A stretch of 64,000 nt of DNA from Candidatus Binatia bacterium (GTDB lineage Bacteria; Desulfobacterota; Binatia; UBA9968; JAJDTQ01): assembly GCA_963666515.2 (NCBI GenBank), contig OY762897.2, positions 1,632,001 to 1,696,000 on the forward strand, given 5' to 3'. This document shows, in pieces, positions 27,004-36,881 of the stretch. Each line of letters begins with the position of its first letter. Position 1 is the first letter of the stretch. The notes under the pieces were generated by a model. It was not told where the DNA came from, ran no database searches, and saw only the letters and a list, made by a program, of their open reading frames with translations. Made by a program: the position numbers and the translations under genes.

Positions 27004-28872
27004 ATGACGGCCTACATCGTGCGGCGGCTGCTGATCACGATCCCGTCGCTCTTCGCCCTCACCTTCGTGATATTCATGATCATCCAGATCGCTCCGGGGG
27101 ACTACTTCGACCAGTGGGCGCTTCAACCCGACCTCGATCAGCGGCAACTGCGCCAGTGGAAACGCGAGTTCGGCGCCGACAAGGGCTGGGGCACGCAGTA
27201 CCTGCGATGGTTGCGCGGCGTCCTGCTCGACGTCCGCTTCTCCCGTGAGCGCGTTCGCATCGCCGACTTCGAATACGCCGACCTGGCCGCCAACCGTGAC
27301 GCCTACCAGATCGGCGGCGACGCCACGCCCATCCTCGTCCCGTTGCGAGCGGACGGCACCTTCGCGCTCGCCTTCAACTTCGACGCCGCCGGAGACGTCG
27401 GCGTGCTGCGGAAGACGGACAATCCCAACCGGGCGAGCCGGCGCCCCGGCAACCACTGGTCCGGCGATGACTTCCGGTCCGTTGAAATGGAGCTCCGAAA
27501 CGACCGGGCCGGCGGCGCCGACGTCTTCCTGCGCATCCAGGATCGGAACGGAAAGGCGTTCCGGGAGCGCCGCTCCTTCGACGCCGGCGAACCGGCGGCG
27601 GTCTCGCTGACCGACACCGACTACGCCCGCTTCGGCGTGGACCGGAGCAGGCTCAAGGGGCTGTTCCTGTTCGCGCGTCAGCGCGGCGGAAGGCCGGCGG
27701 TGCTGGAGGTCGCCTACCATGCGGGGAACACGGTGCTGGCTACGGTGCGCCACACCCTGGATCCGACCCGGCGCCTGGCGTTGGCCCGCAATGCCTTTCC
27801 GGCCGGACTCGGGGACCCGGGCCGCGTGGACCGCATGACCTTCCGCACCATCCCGGAGCCGCTGCCGGACATGACGGTGACCGTGACCTTCCGGGACCTG
27901 GACTCGAACGCCTACGCCACCGGCGTCGCCCTGCCCGGAAACGTCACCACGTCGCTCTCGGTCGACTTCGCCGACATGCACGCCGCCGGCGTCGATACCA
28001 CGCGCATGGGGTCGATCTCGTTCCGCAGCGACGTCCCCGGATCCCTGTTCGTGGACGAGGTCCGCCTCGTGAAGGCCGGCAGCGGCTTCCACGTCGGCGC
28101 GCCGGATTTCGGCAAATCCATCGCCAACCGCCAGCCGGTGTGGACCACCATGTGGCCGTTTCTCAAGAACACCATGCTCCTGAACGTGCTGGCCATCCTG
28201 TTCACGTGGCTGCTGTCGCTGCCCATCGGCATCTACTCGGCGACGCACCCCTACTCCTGGAGCGACAAGGCGTTCGGCTTCATGGCCTACATGGGCATGG
28301 CCATCCCCTCGTTCTTCTTCGCGCTGTTGCTGCTCTACGCCGTGACGCTGACCTACGACTTCGACCCGGCCAACCCGTTGTACGAATGGCTTCCCATCGG
28401 CGGGCTCACGTCGGCGAACTACCACGAGCTGGATACGTGGGGGCGGATGATGGACCTGGCCCGTCACCTGGTTCTGCCGGTGCTCGTGCTCGGCACCGGC
28501 GCCATGGCCGCGCTGGTCCGCGTGCTGCGGGCCGAGTTTCTCGACAAGAGCCACATGCAGTTCGTGGTCACCGCACGGGCCAAGGGCCTCTCCGACGCCA
28601 TGGTCAACTACAAGCACATCCTGAGGAACGCCATCACCCCGTTCGTGGCCGGCTTCGGCTCCCTGCTGCCGACCCTCATCGGCGGCTCGGCCCTGGTGGA
28701 GATCGTTTTCGGCTACCCGGGGATCGGGCAACTGATGCTTGCCGCGGTGCGTTCCTACGACATCTACGTCGTCATGGCCAGCTCCCTGGCCGGGGGGCTG
28801 CTGCTGATCATCGGCAACCTGCTCGCCGACATCCTGCTGGCCTGGGTCGACCCGCGCATCAGCTACAGGTAG
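27004..28872 (+). CDS. ABC permease DppB-like with ~280-aa extracytoplasmic insertion
   Basis: YIVRRLL N-terminus, DFGKS, TARAKGL....V..KH.LRNA, DPRI; insert ~27241-28080. Confidence 0.85.
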   Translation: MTAYIVRRLLITIPSLFALTFVIFMIIQIAPGDYFDQWALQPDLDQRQLRQWKREFGADKGWGTQYLRWLRGVLLDVRFSRERVRIADFEYADLAANRDAYQIGGDATPILVPLRADGTFALAFNFDAAGDVGVLRKTDNPNRASRRPGNHWSGDDFRSVEMELRNDRAGGADVFLRIQDRNGKAFRERRSFDAGEPAAVSLTDTDYARFGVDRSRLKGLFLFARQRGGRPAVLEVAYHAGNTVLATVRHTLDPTRRLALARNAFPAGLGDPGRVDRMTFRTIPEPLPDMTVTVTFRDLDSNAYATGVALPGNVTTSLSVDFADMHAAGVDTTRMGSISFRSDVPGSLFVDEVRLVKAGSGFHVGAPDFGKSIANRQPVWTTMWPFLKNTMLLNVLAILFTWLLSLPIGIYSATHPYSWSDKAFGFMAYMGMAIPSFFFALLLLYAVTLTYDFDPANPLYEWLPIGGLTSANYHELDTWGRMMDLARHLVLPVLVLGTGAMAALVRVLRAEFLDKSHMQFVVTARAKGLSDAMVNYKHILRNAITPFVAGFGSLLPTLIGGSALVEIVFGYPGIGQLMLAAVRSYDIYVVMASSLAGGLLLIIGNLLADILLAWVDPRISYR

Positions 28873-28877
28873 CCGCC

Positions 28878-30035
28878 ATGCCTCTAGTTGCGGACAAGGC
28901 CACACCCCAAAAACGCAGGACTCCCGGGTCCCGCTCTCCGTTCCGGCGCGCCCTCGCCCGCTTGAGGCGCAACCGTCTCGCCATGCTCGGGTTCTGGATC
29001 CTCGTAGCTCTCTATGGCGGGGCCATTTTCGCGGACTTCCTGGCGCCCCATCACTATGCCTCCAGCGCCCGCAAGAAAGCCTATCATCCGCCCATGATCA
29101 CGTGGATTCATTTCTCGGACGAGGACGGGTTGAGGTGGCCCTACGTCTACAACAGCGCCTTCGAGTTCGACGAGAACCAGCGCAAGGTCTATCGCGAAAC
29201 CCCCGGCCCCACCTATCCCATCGGGTTTTTCGTCACCGGAGACCGCTACCGGTTCCTGGGACTGTTCGAGACCCGGCTGCACCTGTTCGGCTTGCGCGGG
29301 CTGGAGAACGTCCCGGCCGACGACCCCAATCGGCCCATGCTCTTCCTCCTCGGTTCGGACAGTTTCGGCCGCGACGTCCTTTCCCGCCTGTTGTACGGCG
29401 GCCGCGTGTCGCTGTCGGTGGGGCTGGTGGGGGTAGCCATCACCTTCGTCCTGGGAATGCTCATCGGGGGCGCCTCCGGCTATTTCGGCGGACGCACGGA
29501 CATGGTCATCCAGCGCCTGTGCGAGATGCTGATGATGGTGCCGGGCTTCTACCTGCTCCTGGCCCTGCGCGCGGCGATTCCCGCGGACTGGTCGTCGTTT
29601 GAGACCTACCTGGCCATCGTGGTGATCCTGAGCTTCATCGGCTGGGCCAGCCTCGCCCGGATCATCCGCGGACTCGTGCTCTCCATCAGCGAGATGGACT
29701 ACGTCACCAGCGCACGCGCCATGGGCGTTCCCCATTCACGCATCATCATCCACCACGTGCTGCCCAACACGTTCTCGTACGCCATCGTCGCCGCGACCAT
29801 GTCGATTCCGGGCTACATCCTCGGAGAATCGGGCCTGAGCCTCATCGGCCTCGGCATCCAGGATCCGGAGGCTTCCTGGGGCAACATGCTGGCTCTCGCC
29901 ATGGACATCGCGCAGATCCGCTTCCACCCGTGGATACTGATCCCCGGCGTGCTGATCTTCATCACCGTGATGGCGTTCAACTACGTCGGCGACGGTCTGC
30001 GGGATGCGCTGGACCCGCACGGGGTCCGGCAGTGA
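28878..30035 (+). CDS. ABC permease DppC-like
   Basis: LGSDSFGRD..SRLLYGGRVSL, ARAMG, H.LPN, GDGLRDALDP. Confidence 0.9.
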   Translation: MPLVADKATPQKRRTPGSRSPFRRALARLRRNRLAMLGFWILVALYGGAIFADFLAPHHYASSARKKAYHPPMITWIHFSDEDGLRWPYVYNSAFEFDENQRKVYRETPGPTYPIGFFVTGDRYRFLGLFETRLHLFGLRGLENVPADDPNRPMLFLLGSDSFGRDVLSRLLYGGRVSLSVGLVGVAITFVLGMLIGGASGYFGGRTDMVIQRLCEMLMMVPGFYLLLALRAAIPADWSSFETYLAIVVILSFIGWASLARIIRGLVLSISEMDYVTSARAMGVPHSRIIIHHVLPNTFSYAIVAATMSIPGYILGESGLSLIGLGIQDPEASWGNMLALAMDIAQIRFHPWILIPGVLIFITVMAFNYVGDGLRDALDPHGVRQ

Positions 30036-30055
30036 CGCGGCACCAGGGTGGCTGG

Positions 30056-30376
30056 TCAGGCGGGTTCGGTCGTGGCGGCCCGTTCCAGCGCCGCGTAGAA
30101 GTCCCGGTACGGTGTCCCGGCGATCTCCTGGGGCATCTCCCGGACGATCTCCACGGTATAGGAGCCGGGCAGCACCACGCCCACCACGGTGCGGACCGTG
30201 AGCGCGTCGCCGGGGCCGCCGTCCGCGTGGACGATGCCCACCACGTGCCGGAGCCCGTACTTGCCCCGGCCCGGCCTCAGGTCCCTCAGCACCAGCGGCG
30301 TCTCCACGCCGAACCGGAGGTCGCCCGGCCTGCGCACGAAGGTGTCCCAGGCCGGCGGCTCACTGCTTGAAGCCAT
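30056..30376 (-). CDS. Phenylphosphate carboxylase gamma-subunit-like protein
   Basis: W..FV..P..L..G....L..R.L.PG..KY....V...V......D.L.VR pattern recalled from the Thauera gamma subunit; overlaps the UbiD stop. Confidence 0.6.
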   Translation of the reverse strand: MASSSEPPAWDTFVRRPGDLRFGVETPLVLRDLRPGRGKYGLRHVVGIVHADGGPGDALTVRTVVGVVLPGSYTVEIVREMPQEIAGTPYRDFYAALERAATTEPA

Positions 30377-31793
30377 ACTCGCTCCAGTTCTTCAGCACCT
30401 TCTCCTGCACCTCCCTGGAGAAGATCGAGTCCAGGGTCGCCTTCACCGGCGTCTCCCACTCCCGCGACCACTCCCCCGGCCAGGTGCAGTCGTACAGCAC
30501 GGTGGCGCCCTTCTGCGCCGCCCGTTCCGCCTGGCTGTAGCAGGGCGTGAGCGTGTTGGCCCGGCCCTCGTAGTGGATCACGTGGATGCCGTTGGCCGGG
30601 TGGCACTTGGTGGAGAAGGCGTGCAGCACCTTGCCCATGTCGAACACGTCGGTGTCGGTGTCCACCAGGAAGAGCTTCGAGAGCAGCGCCCGGCGCGAGG
30701 TCAGCACCTGGAGCACCTGGCGGGCCACCTCCTGACCGCCGTAGTCCACGCTCATGACCGCAAGGTGCACCGCGCCTTCCGGCGGCACGTACACGTCCCG
30801 CACCGGCACGCCGTGGCGCTCCAGGCGCCGCTTGATGGCCAGGGCGCCGGACAGCGCGGTCACCGTGGAGCTGTCGTCCTTGTAGCCGGTGGCGTCCACG
30901 GTGAGCACCGGGTTTTCCCGATGGGTGATGGCGGTGGTGCGGAACAGGATGCCGTTGCCCATCTCGCCGGTGCGGTAGCCGGGATACTCGCCGTAGGGGC
31001 CCTCCAGTCCCACCCGGTCGGGTAGCACCTCGCCCTCGATGACGATCTCGGAATGGGCCGGGACCAGGAGATCCCTGGTCTCGCAGCGGATCATCTCCAC
31101 CGGCCGGCCGCGCAGCCCTCCCGCCAGGCTGGCTTCGTCGCCCCCCAGAGCGTAGGTGGCGGCCGCGGCGAAGTGCGACAGCGGGTCGGTGCCGATGGCG
31201 ATGGCCAGGGGCATGGGCTTTCCCTTGGCGACGTAGTGTTCCTGGAAGACCTTGCCCAGGTGGCTCGTGGGCCGCGGGAAGCCGGTCAGGTGGTGCGCGT
31301 CGTAGACCATGAACCGGTACATGCCCCAGTTCACCCAGCCGCTTTCCACGTCCTTGGAGATCACCAGGTCCCAGGTGCCCAGGTAACGCCCGCCGTCGCC
31401 CTCGTGGAGCATGGGGGTGGGCAGATCGAAGAGGTTGGCGTCCGCGCCCATGCGGACCACCTGCTTGCACGGCGCCTCCTTCACCTCCACGGGATCGACG
31501 GGGTTCGCCTCCCCCTTCTCGTAGGCTTCGTAGATCTCCCGCACCGTGGCGGTGGGCTCCAGGCCCAGGGCGATGGCGATGCGGCGCCAAGTGGCCACCG
31601 GGTTGACGAACACCGAGACCTCGTCCACGTAGTCCGTCACCCGCTTGAACCACACCGCCGGACCGTCCTTCTCGCAGGCAAGGCGGCTGATGGCGCCCAA
31701 TTCCAGGTCCCAGCTCACCTCCTTCTCCACCTCCACGAGGTCGCCGGACCGCCGGAGCGCCTCGATGAAGCTCCGATTGTCGTCGAAAATCAT
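30360..31793 (-). CDS. UbiD family prFMN-dependent (de)carboxylase
   Basis: P.LHEGDGGRY, NWGMYR, EIVIEG, EGPYGEYPGY. Confidence 0.9.
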   Translation of the reverse strand: MIFDDNRSFIEALRRSGDLVEVEKEVSWDLELGAISRLACEKDGPAVWFKRVTDYVDEVSVFVNPVATWRRIAIALGLEPTATVREIYEAYEKGEANPVDPVEVKEAPCKQVVRMGADANLFDLPTPMLHEGDGGRYLGTWDLVISKDVESGWVNWGMYRFMVYDAHHLTGFPRPTSHLGKVFQEHYVAKGKPMPLAIAIGTDPLSHFAAAATYALGGDEASLAGGLRGRPVEMIRCETRDLLVPAHSEIVIEGEVLPDRVGLEGPYGEYPGYRTGEMGNGILFRTTAITHRENPVLTVDATGYKDDSSTVTALSGALAIKRRLERHGVPVRDVYVPPEGAVHLAVMSVDYGGQEVARQVLQVLTSRRALLSKLFLVDTDTDVFDMGKVLHAFSTKCHPANGIHVIHYEGRANTLTPCYSQAERAAQKGATVLYDCTWPGEWSREWETPVKATLDSIFSREVQEKVLKNWSEYGFKQ

Positions 31794-31855
31794 GCCGCAA
31801 ACGTAAGGGGCCGGTGTGTCGATTGCAAGCGAGGGACGGGAAACCGCGCCTTCTG

Positions 31856-32989
31856 CTACCGGCGGGCCTCGTCGAGGGCGATGAGGGTGAAGACCTTCTT
31901 CATCTCCTGTTTCCTGAACTTGGCGGAGAGGCGGCGCATCACCTCGCCCTTGTTCTCGGACAGCGTGATGCCCACCTGGCGGTATTCGGCCATCACCCGG
32001 TTCTTGAACTCCATCTCCTCGTTCACCGCGGCGATGCACTCGTCGATGCACGACCTGAACCGCTCGATGTCGTCGTCGGCGTACTCCTCCGCCAGCAGCG
32101 GGTAGAGGGTCTCGTAGGTCAGCACGTCCTGGGTCTCGAACAGGTTCCAGCAGGTGGCGGTGACCGCGGCCTTGTTGATGCCGGCGACCCAGTGCACTTC
32201 CTCCACCGACTCGGGCTTGCACTTGAACAGCACGGTATCGCCGGCCTCCGTGCGGACGTACCACACGGCGCCCTCGACGCCGGCGATCTTGCCGTCCTCG
32301 GCCGGCCGGTTGCCGCTCTCCATCCTTTCGCGGATCGCGGCGTACTCCGCCACCGGATCGTTCCCCGCGGCCAGAGTGCCGTGCAGGGTCGCCACCGGGA
32401 CGCCCCGGCCATCCAGGGCCGACGGCGACAGCGGCTTTCCCCCCTCGGCGACGCCGAACAGCAGCACGCAGTCCAGGGGTTCGTCGTACAGGATCAGATG
32501 GGTGTTCCGCCGGCCGTAAAGCTCGAAGCCGATGGAGCAGCCGTTGACCTCCACCAGCTCGGGAATCACCGGATAGCGCAGCAGCATCTCCCGCCACATG
32601 TCCAGGAACGCGCCGAACCGCCCGTTTCGCAACACCGGCGACAGCCGCAGCTTATAGGTCAGGTAACGGCGCCCCCGGGCGTCATGGTAGGCGTACGACA
32701 GCACGTTGGTGCCGTCGTATTTCTCGAAGACCTCGATCTCGCGGACCGGCGGGAAGTTGAACTTGCCCTGCCGGTCGAAGGGGTAATGGAGCTTGGGCGT
32801 GGCGAAGACGATCTGCGGCGCAGGCTCCTCGTTGACGTGGGTGACGGCCAGCGCCCCGTAGCGATGGTCCGGCCTCTGCGACAGGAAGCCCCGCATGGCA
32901 ACGTCGTTGAACGGATCGACGACGTCGAACTCCTGGAGCCACTTGGGTTCCAGGGACAGGGCTTGGGCCGCGGTTTCGATGTCTTCCAT
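31856..32989 (-). CDS. ATP-dependent RNA-ligase-like nucleotidyltransferase
   Basis: Motif I EKYDGTN, III GFELYG, IIIa LLFGV, IV EGAVWY, V FKCK; no OB-fold evident. Confidence 0.7.
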   Translation of the reverse strand: MEDIETAAQALSLEPKWLQEFDVVDPFNDVAMRGFLSQRPDHRYGALAVTHVNEEPAPQIVFATPKLHYPFDRQGKFNFPPVREIEVFEKYDGTNVLSYAYHDARGRRYLTYKLRLSPVLRNGRFGAFLDMWREMLLRYPVIPELVEVNGCSIGFELYGRRNTHLILYDEPLDCVLLFGVAEGGKPLSPSALDGRGVPVATLHGTLAAGNDPVAEYAAIRERMESGNRPAEDGKIAGVEGAVWYVRTEAGDTVLFKCKPESVEEVHWVAGINKAAVTATCWNLFETQDVLTYETLYPLLAEEYADDDIERFRSCIDECIAAVNEEMEFKNRVMAEYRQVGITLSENKGEVMRRLSAKFRKQEMKKVFTLIALDEARR

Positions 32990-33045
32990 GACTATCTTCG
33001 TACAGGAAAACTCCGGACCCGCAAGCCCGCACACCGCCGCGGGCG

Positions 33046-34380
33046 TCACGACGGCCGCATGTCGCGGATGCGCCTCACCTTGATGCGGTTCTCGACTCCC
33101 AGGGACCGGGCCAGCTCTCCCGGCGGCAGCAGCGCGGCCTCCATGGTGAGACTCGTGGCCACCTTGAGTTCCCGCTCCAGCCGCGTCTTGATCTCGCCCG
33201 TGGCATCGCAGCCGGGGCGCATCTCCACCTCCACCGTCAGGGTGTCCCGCTGACCCACGCGGTCCACGGTGACCCGGTATTCGCGGGTCAGCTCCGGCAA
33301 CCGCTCCAGCGCCGTCTCCACCGACGTCGGATAGAACGGGATGCCGCTCACCTTGACCATGTCGCTCAGGCGGCCCTGGAGCTTGGAGATGCGCCGGAAG
33401 GTCCGGCCGCAGCCGCATTCGCCCTCGATGAACGTGCACAGGTCCTCGATGTTGTAGCGGATCACCGGCGCCGCCTCCTTGAACAGGCAGGTGACCACCA
33501 GCACGCCCTCCCGGTCCGGCGACACGGGCTCGTGGGTGACCGGGTCCAGCACCTCGAAGATGTAGGCGTCCTCGTTCACGTGGTAGCCGTTCCGCTCCTC
33601 GCACTCGAAGGTCGGCGAGCCGGTCTCCACGCTGCCGAAGTTGTCGTAGGCGGACACGCCCCAGCGGCTCTCGATGGCGCGCCGCGCCGGCTCCGTCATG
33701 GTCTCGGAAGTGTGGATCGTGCGGCGCAGGCGGAAGTCCTTCCTGAGATCGAAGCCCTGCCCCTCGGCCACGTCGGCCAGGTGGAGCACGTAGGACGGCG
33801 TCCCGGCCAGCACGGTGACGCCCCAGTCCCGGGCGATCTTCACCTGTCGCTCGCTCGGGGTGACGCTGCCGCTGCCCGTGGGCACCACCAGCGCGCCGAG
33901 GCGCATGGCCCCCTCCGAGGCGGTGAAGCCGACGATGAACAGCGTGTAGGCGAACAGTATCTGGAGGATGTCCCCTTCCCTGACCCCCTGGGCGTGGAAT
34001 CGCCGGCTCCACAGCCGCGCGATGATGTCCCAGTCGTTGCGGGTGAAGAAGAACGGCTTGGGGTTGCCCGAGGTGCCCGAGCTGGCCTGCACCCGCACCG
34101 CGGCGAAGTCGCCCTGGTAGTCGCCGAAGGGCGGATGGAGCCGCAGGCTGTCCTCGAAGTCGCTCTTGCGGATGACCGGGAGCTTGCGGATGTCGCCGGC
34201 GGTGCGGATGTCGCCCGGCTCGATTCCCGCCGCCTTCCAGCGGTCGCGGTAGAACGGAATGCGGTCCCAGGAGCGCTGCACCAAGGCGGCCAGGCGCTCG
34301 CCCTGCAGTTGGCCGATGACCTCCGGCGGACCGGTTTCGATCTCCCGGCTCTCCGGTGCGCCGGGGTACGCCGGGATCAT
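33046..34380 (-). CDS. Phenylacetate--CoA ligase family adenylate-forming enzyme (PaaK-like)
   Basis: SSGTSGNP, GTPSY, FGSVE, P.IRY...D, GR.SDM.KV.G; ATGA overlap with the swfB stop. Confidence 0.88.
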   Translation of the reverse strand: MIPAYPGAPESREIETGPPEVIGQLQGERLAALVQRSWDRIPFYRDRWKAAGIEPGDIRTAGDIRKLPVIRKSDFEDSLRLHPPFGDYQGDFAAVRVQASSGTSGNPKPFFFTRNDWDIIARLWSRRFHAQGVREGDILQILFAYTLFIVGFTASEGAMRLGALVVPTGSGSVTPSERQVKIARDWGVTVLAGTPSYVLHLADVAEGQGFDLRKDFRLRRTIHTSETMTEPARRAIESRWGVSAYDNFGSVETGSPTFECEERNGYHVNEDAYIFEVLDPVTHEPVSPDREGVLVVTCLFKEAAPVIRYNIEDLCTFIEGECGCGRTFRRISKLQGRLSDMVKVSGIPFYPTSVETALERLPELTREYRVTVDRVGQRDTLTVEVEMRPGCDATGEIKTRLERELKVATSLTMEAALLPPGELARSLGVENRIKVRRIRDMRPS

Positions 34381-36881
34381 CGAAGATTTTCCCGAATGCT
34401 CCGCCGCGTCAGGAACTCGCCATACGACGCGAAGGCCGCATCCACCGTCTCGGGCGTGAGGCCGTAGTCCTCCAGGGCGTAGCGATGGCGCTTCTCCTGC
34501 CGCCGGCGCTCCGCCTGCCGGAACAGCCAGTCATCCATGGCGTCAACGGTCCCCTGCTCCAGCGCCCAGTCGAACCGTTCATACACGCTGCGCACCACGG
34601 CCAGCGGATCCTCCACCAGATCGACGTAGTTCACGTCCATCCAGCGGTGCTCCAGCTCGGGATGGGATTCACGGAACTGCACCGCCCGGTCCATCATGCC
34701 GCTCATGAGGGCCAACATCTCGGCGCCGAGGTCGTTCCGCGGAGACGCCTCGCTGGAGAGCGAGCGCGCCTTTTCCACAAAGCTGCTGAAGGAACCCATG
34801 AATTGACCGGGGTTGCGGTGGGTCTGGATGAAGAGGGCGTCGGGGTAGGTCTCGACGAGCGTCTCCAACTCCATGAGATGAAAGGGCATCTTGAACAACC
34901 ACTGCCCCGGGTGCTCGGGCTCGCGCTGCCGGCGCTGCCAAGTCAGGTTCTGCATGATGCGGAGGTGATGGGCGTAGGCATGCATGCAACCGGCAGCGGC
35001 CAGCCAACGGCCGAACTCCGGGACATGGAACTGGACGGTCAGAGTCCATGAGCCGAAGGCCATGTTGAGTATCTGGAATTCCTCCGCCGGTTCGTTGACG
35101 TCGAAGTCGTGGACACCCTCGAAGAGCTCCACGATTCTGGATACTTCGAACATTTCCTCGAGGCGTTTCCGACGCGGATCGTCGAGGGTTCCACCGACCG
35201 CAGCATATTCGTCCTTCGACAGGGTCGGCGCACCGTACTCGTAGCCTCGCGGCGACCAGAACCGCCGGTCGCGGGCCATGAGCCGGTGTAGATAGGTGGT
35301 GCCGGTACGGTTGATTCCCACAATGAAGATCGGGCGCCGGATCTCCTCCCGCTCGATCTCCGGGTGCCGGCGCCGTTCACCCGCGAACCCGGCGTTGTTG
35401 CGCAAGAGACGGCTCAGGCCGAAGATCGTGTCGGCAAGCTTGTCCTCCAACAGCGCAGCATCGGGCGCCTGCAAGGCCCGCACCAACTGCTCCAGGTTGC
35501 GGCGCATCCATGCAGGATACACCTGCTCAAAGGAGACGCCGTTGCTGTCGGCATAATGCTCGGCCCGGGTCATCAGACAATCGAAGTCCAAACGGCCTTT
35601 CGACACCGGATGCGGCCATTGCCACCGATGATCCATAACCCATTGGTAGGAGCGTCTCAGCCTGGCCAACGTGCCCGGCCACTTGATCGGATGCGGGCAG
35701 TCCTCCCGGATGGCGCGGTCACAGACCGGCACCAGGTCCTCTCGCTTGTCCCTGCTGAACCAGTATTCCCCGAAGTGGTCGAGCACGGCCCAGTGCCCGT
35801 GAAGCGGGGAGTCCTTGCGCGCCTGGCAATCGCGCTTGAATGACTCGTAGGAGACTTCGGGCAGGTAGGTCCCGAAATCGGCGAGCTCGAGGTCAAGAGA
35901 ATCGAGCTTCGGGTTGCAGCAATGGTAGATCGTGAACCGTCGCTCGGGATTCAGGGAAATGGCCGTACAGACCCGGCTCAGCGTATCCACTGCCTCGTTG
36001 CTGGACCGGAACGTGACTCCGGCCGGCATGGTCCCGCATTGAAGCACCGCGCCCAATATCTTCATGGTAAGGTCGTTTGCCTGCACGAATCCCGTGCTGG
36101 ACACGCCGGTCTGCGGCAACCGGAAGATCGCCAACGGCATCCCGGCCTGTTGTGCGAACAGAAGGACCTGCTCGGACGTGAGCTTGCTCCACGGGTAGCC
36201 CAGCAAGCCGATCGGGAACCTTCTCTTCATGCTCGCGAGGTCCGGCTGCATCTGGTGGTCGATGGAGCTGTCCCGGAATTCACGCGCGAAAGCGAAGAAA
36301 TACTGCGGGAAGACGGCCATGGTCGAGGCATAGAACAGGTGCTTGAAGCGTTTCCGCAAGCACAGCTCGATCACGTTGTGAAGGCTCAGCGTATTGAGCT
36401 TGCGTATGGCGAGATAGGAAGAAGCGAGATTGATTTCGGCGGCGAGGTGATAGACCGCGTCGATCCGCTCACAGAGTTCGTTGAACTCCGCATCGCTCAG
36501 GCCGAAACGAGACTCGCCGATGTCGCCGACCACCACGCGGATACGCGACGCGAACGACTCATCCCAGATTTCGGCCTCTTGCAGCGCGTCACGCAACCGT
36601 CGAAACCCATGCTCGGCATCATCCGCCTGCACGACGCAGTGCACTACCAGACCGCTCTCGTGTTGCAAGAGATCGCGCAGAAAGAAACGGCCGATGAAGC
36701 CGGTGGCTCCGGTCAGCAGCACCTCCCGGAAATCGGCCGGCGATACGGCATCGGCCGGCGACTCCTGGCTGACGCAGCCATGAACGAACCGGCGCAAAGA
36801 GTCGACGTCCCTCCGGCATTGCGGCGGCAACGCTCCGACGAGGGGCGGCACCCTTGTATCGAGGGGTGAGATTTCAGCCAT
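34377..36881 (-). CDS. swfB: Thioester reductase (R) - sulfotransferase didomain protein, SwfB-like
   Basis: LLTGATGFIG, HLAA, GYPWSK; C-terminal GINRTGTTYL PAPS loop, W.FK.PFH, THR.P. Confidence 0.8.
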   Translation of the reverse strand: MAEISPLDTRVPPLVGALPPQCRRDVDSLRRFVHGCVSQESPADAVSPADFREVLLTGATGFIGRFFLRDLLQHESGLVVHCVVQADDAEHGFRRLRDALQEAEIWDESFASRIRVVVGDIGESRFGLSDAEFNELCERIDAVYHLAAEINLASSYLAIRKLNTLSLHNVIELCLRKRFKHLFYASTMAVFPQYFFAFAREFRDSSIDHQMQPDLASMKRRFPIGLLGYPWSKLTSEQVLLFAQQAGMPLAIFRLPQTGVSSTGFVQANDLTMKILGAVLQCGTMPAGVTFRSSNEAVDTLSRVCTAISLNPERRFTIYHCCNPKLDSLDLELADFGTYLPEVSYESFKRDCQARKDSPLHGHWAVLDHFGEYWFSRDKREDLVPVCDRAIREDCPHPIKWPGTLARLRRSYQWVMDHRWQWPHPVSKGRLDFDCLMTRAEHYADSNGVSFEQVYPAWMRRNLEQLVRALQAPDAALLEDKLADTIFGLSRLLRNNAGFAGERRRHPEIEREEIRRPIFIVGINRTGTTYLHRLMARDRRFWSPRGYEYGAPTLSKDEYAAVGGTLDDPRRKRLEEMFEVSRIVELFEGVHDFDVNEPAEEFQILNMAFGSWTLTVQFHVPEFGRWLAAAGCMHAYAHHLRIMQNLTWQRRQREPEHPGQWLFKMPFHLMELETLVETYPDALFIQTHRNPGQFMGSFSSFVEKARSLSSEASPRNDLGAEMLALMSGMMDRAVQFRESHPELEHRWMDVNYVDLVEDPLAVVRSVYERFDWALEQGTVDAMDDWLFRQAERRRQEKRHRYALEDYGLTPETVDAAFASYGEFLTRRSIRENLR

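Noticed and set aside
30056-31793. Complete anaerobic phenol carboxylation pathway
   Set aside because: Second UbiD, delta phosphatase and phenylphosphate synthase genes are absent from the window
30360-34012. Apparent long fusion ORFs (745-aa UbiD, 718-aa ligase; also 631-aa DppC at 28140 and 413-aa permease at 13874-15115)
   Set aside because: N-terminal extensions overlap real neighbouring genes and have shadow-like composition; the true starts are internal
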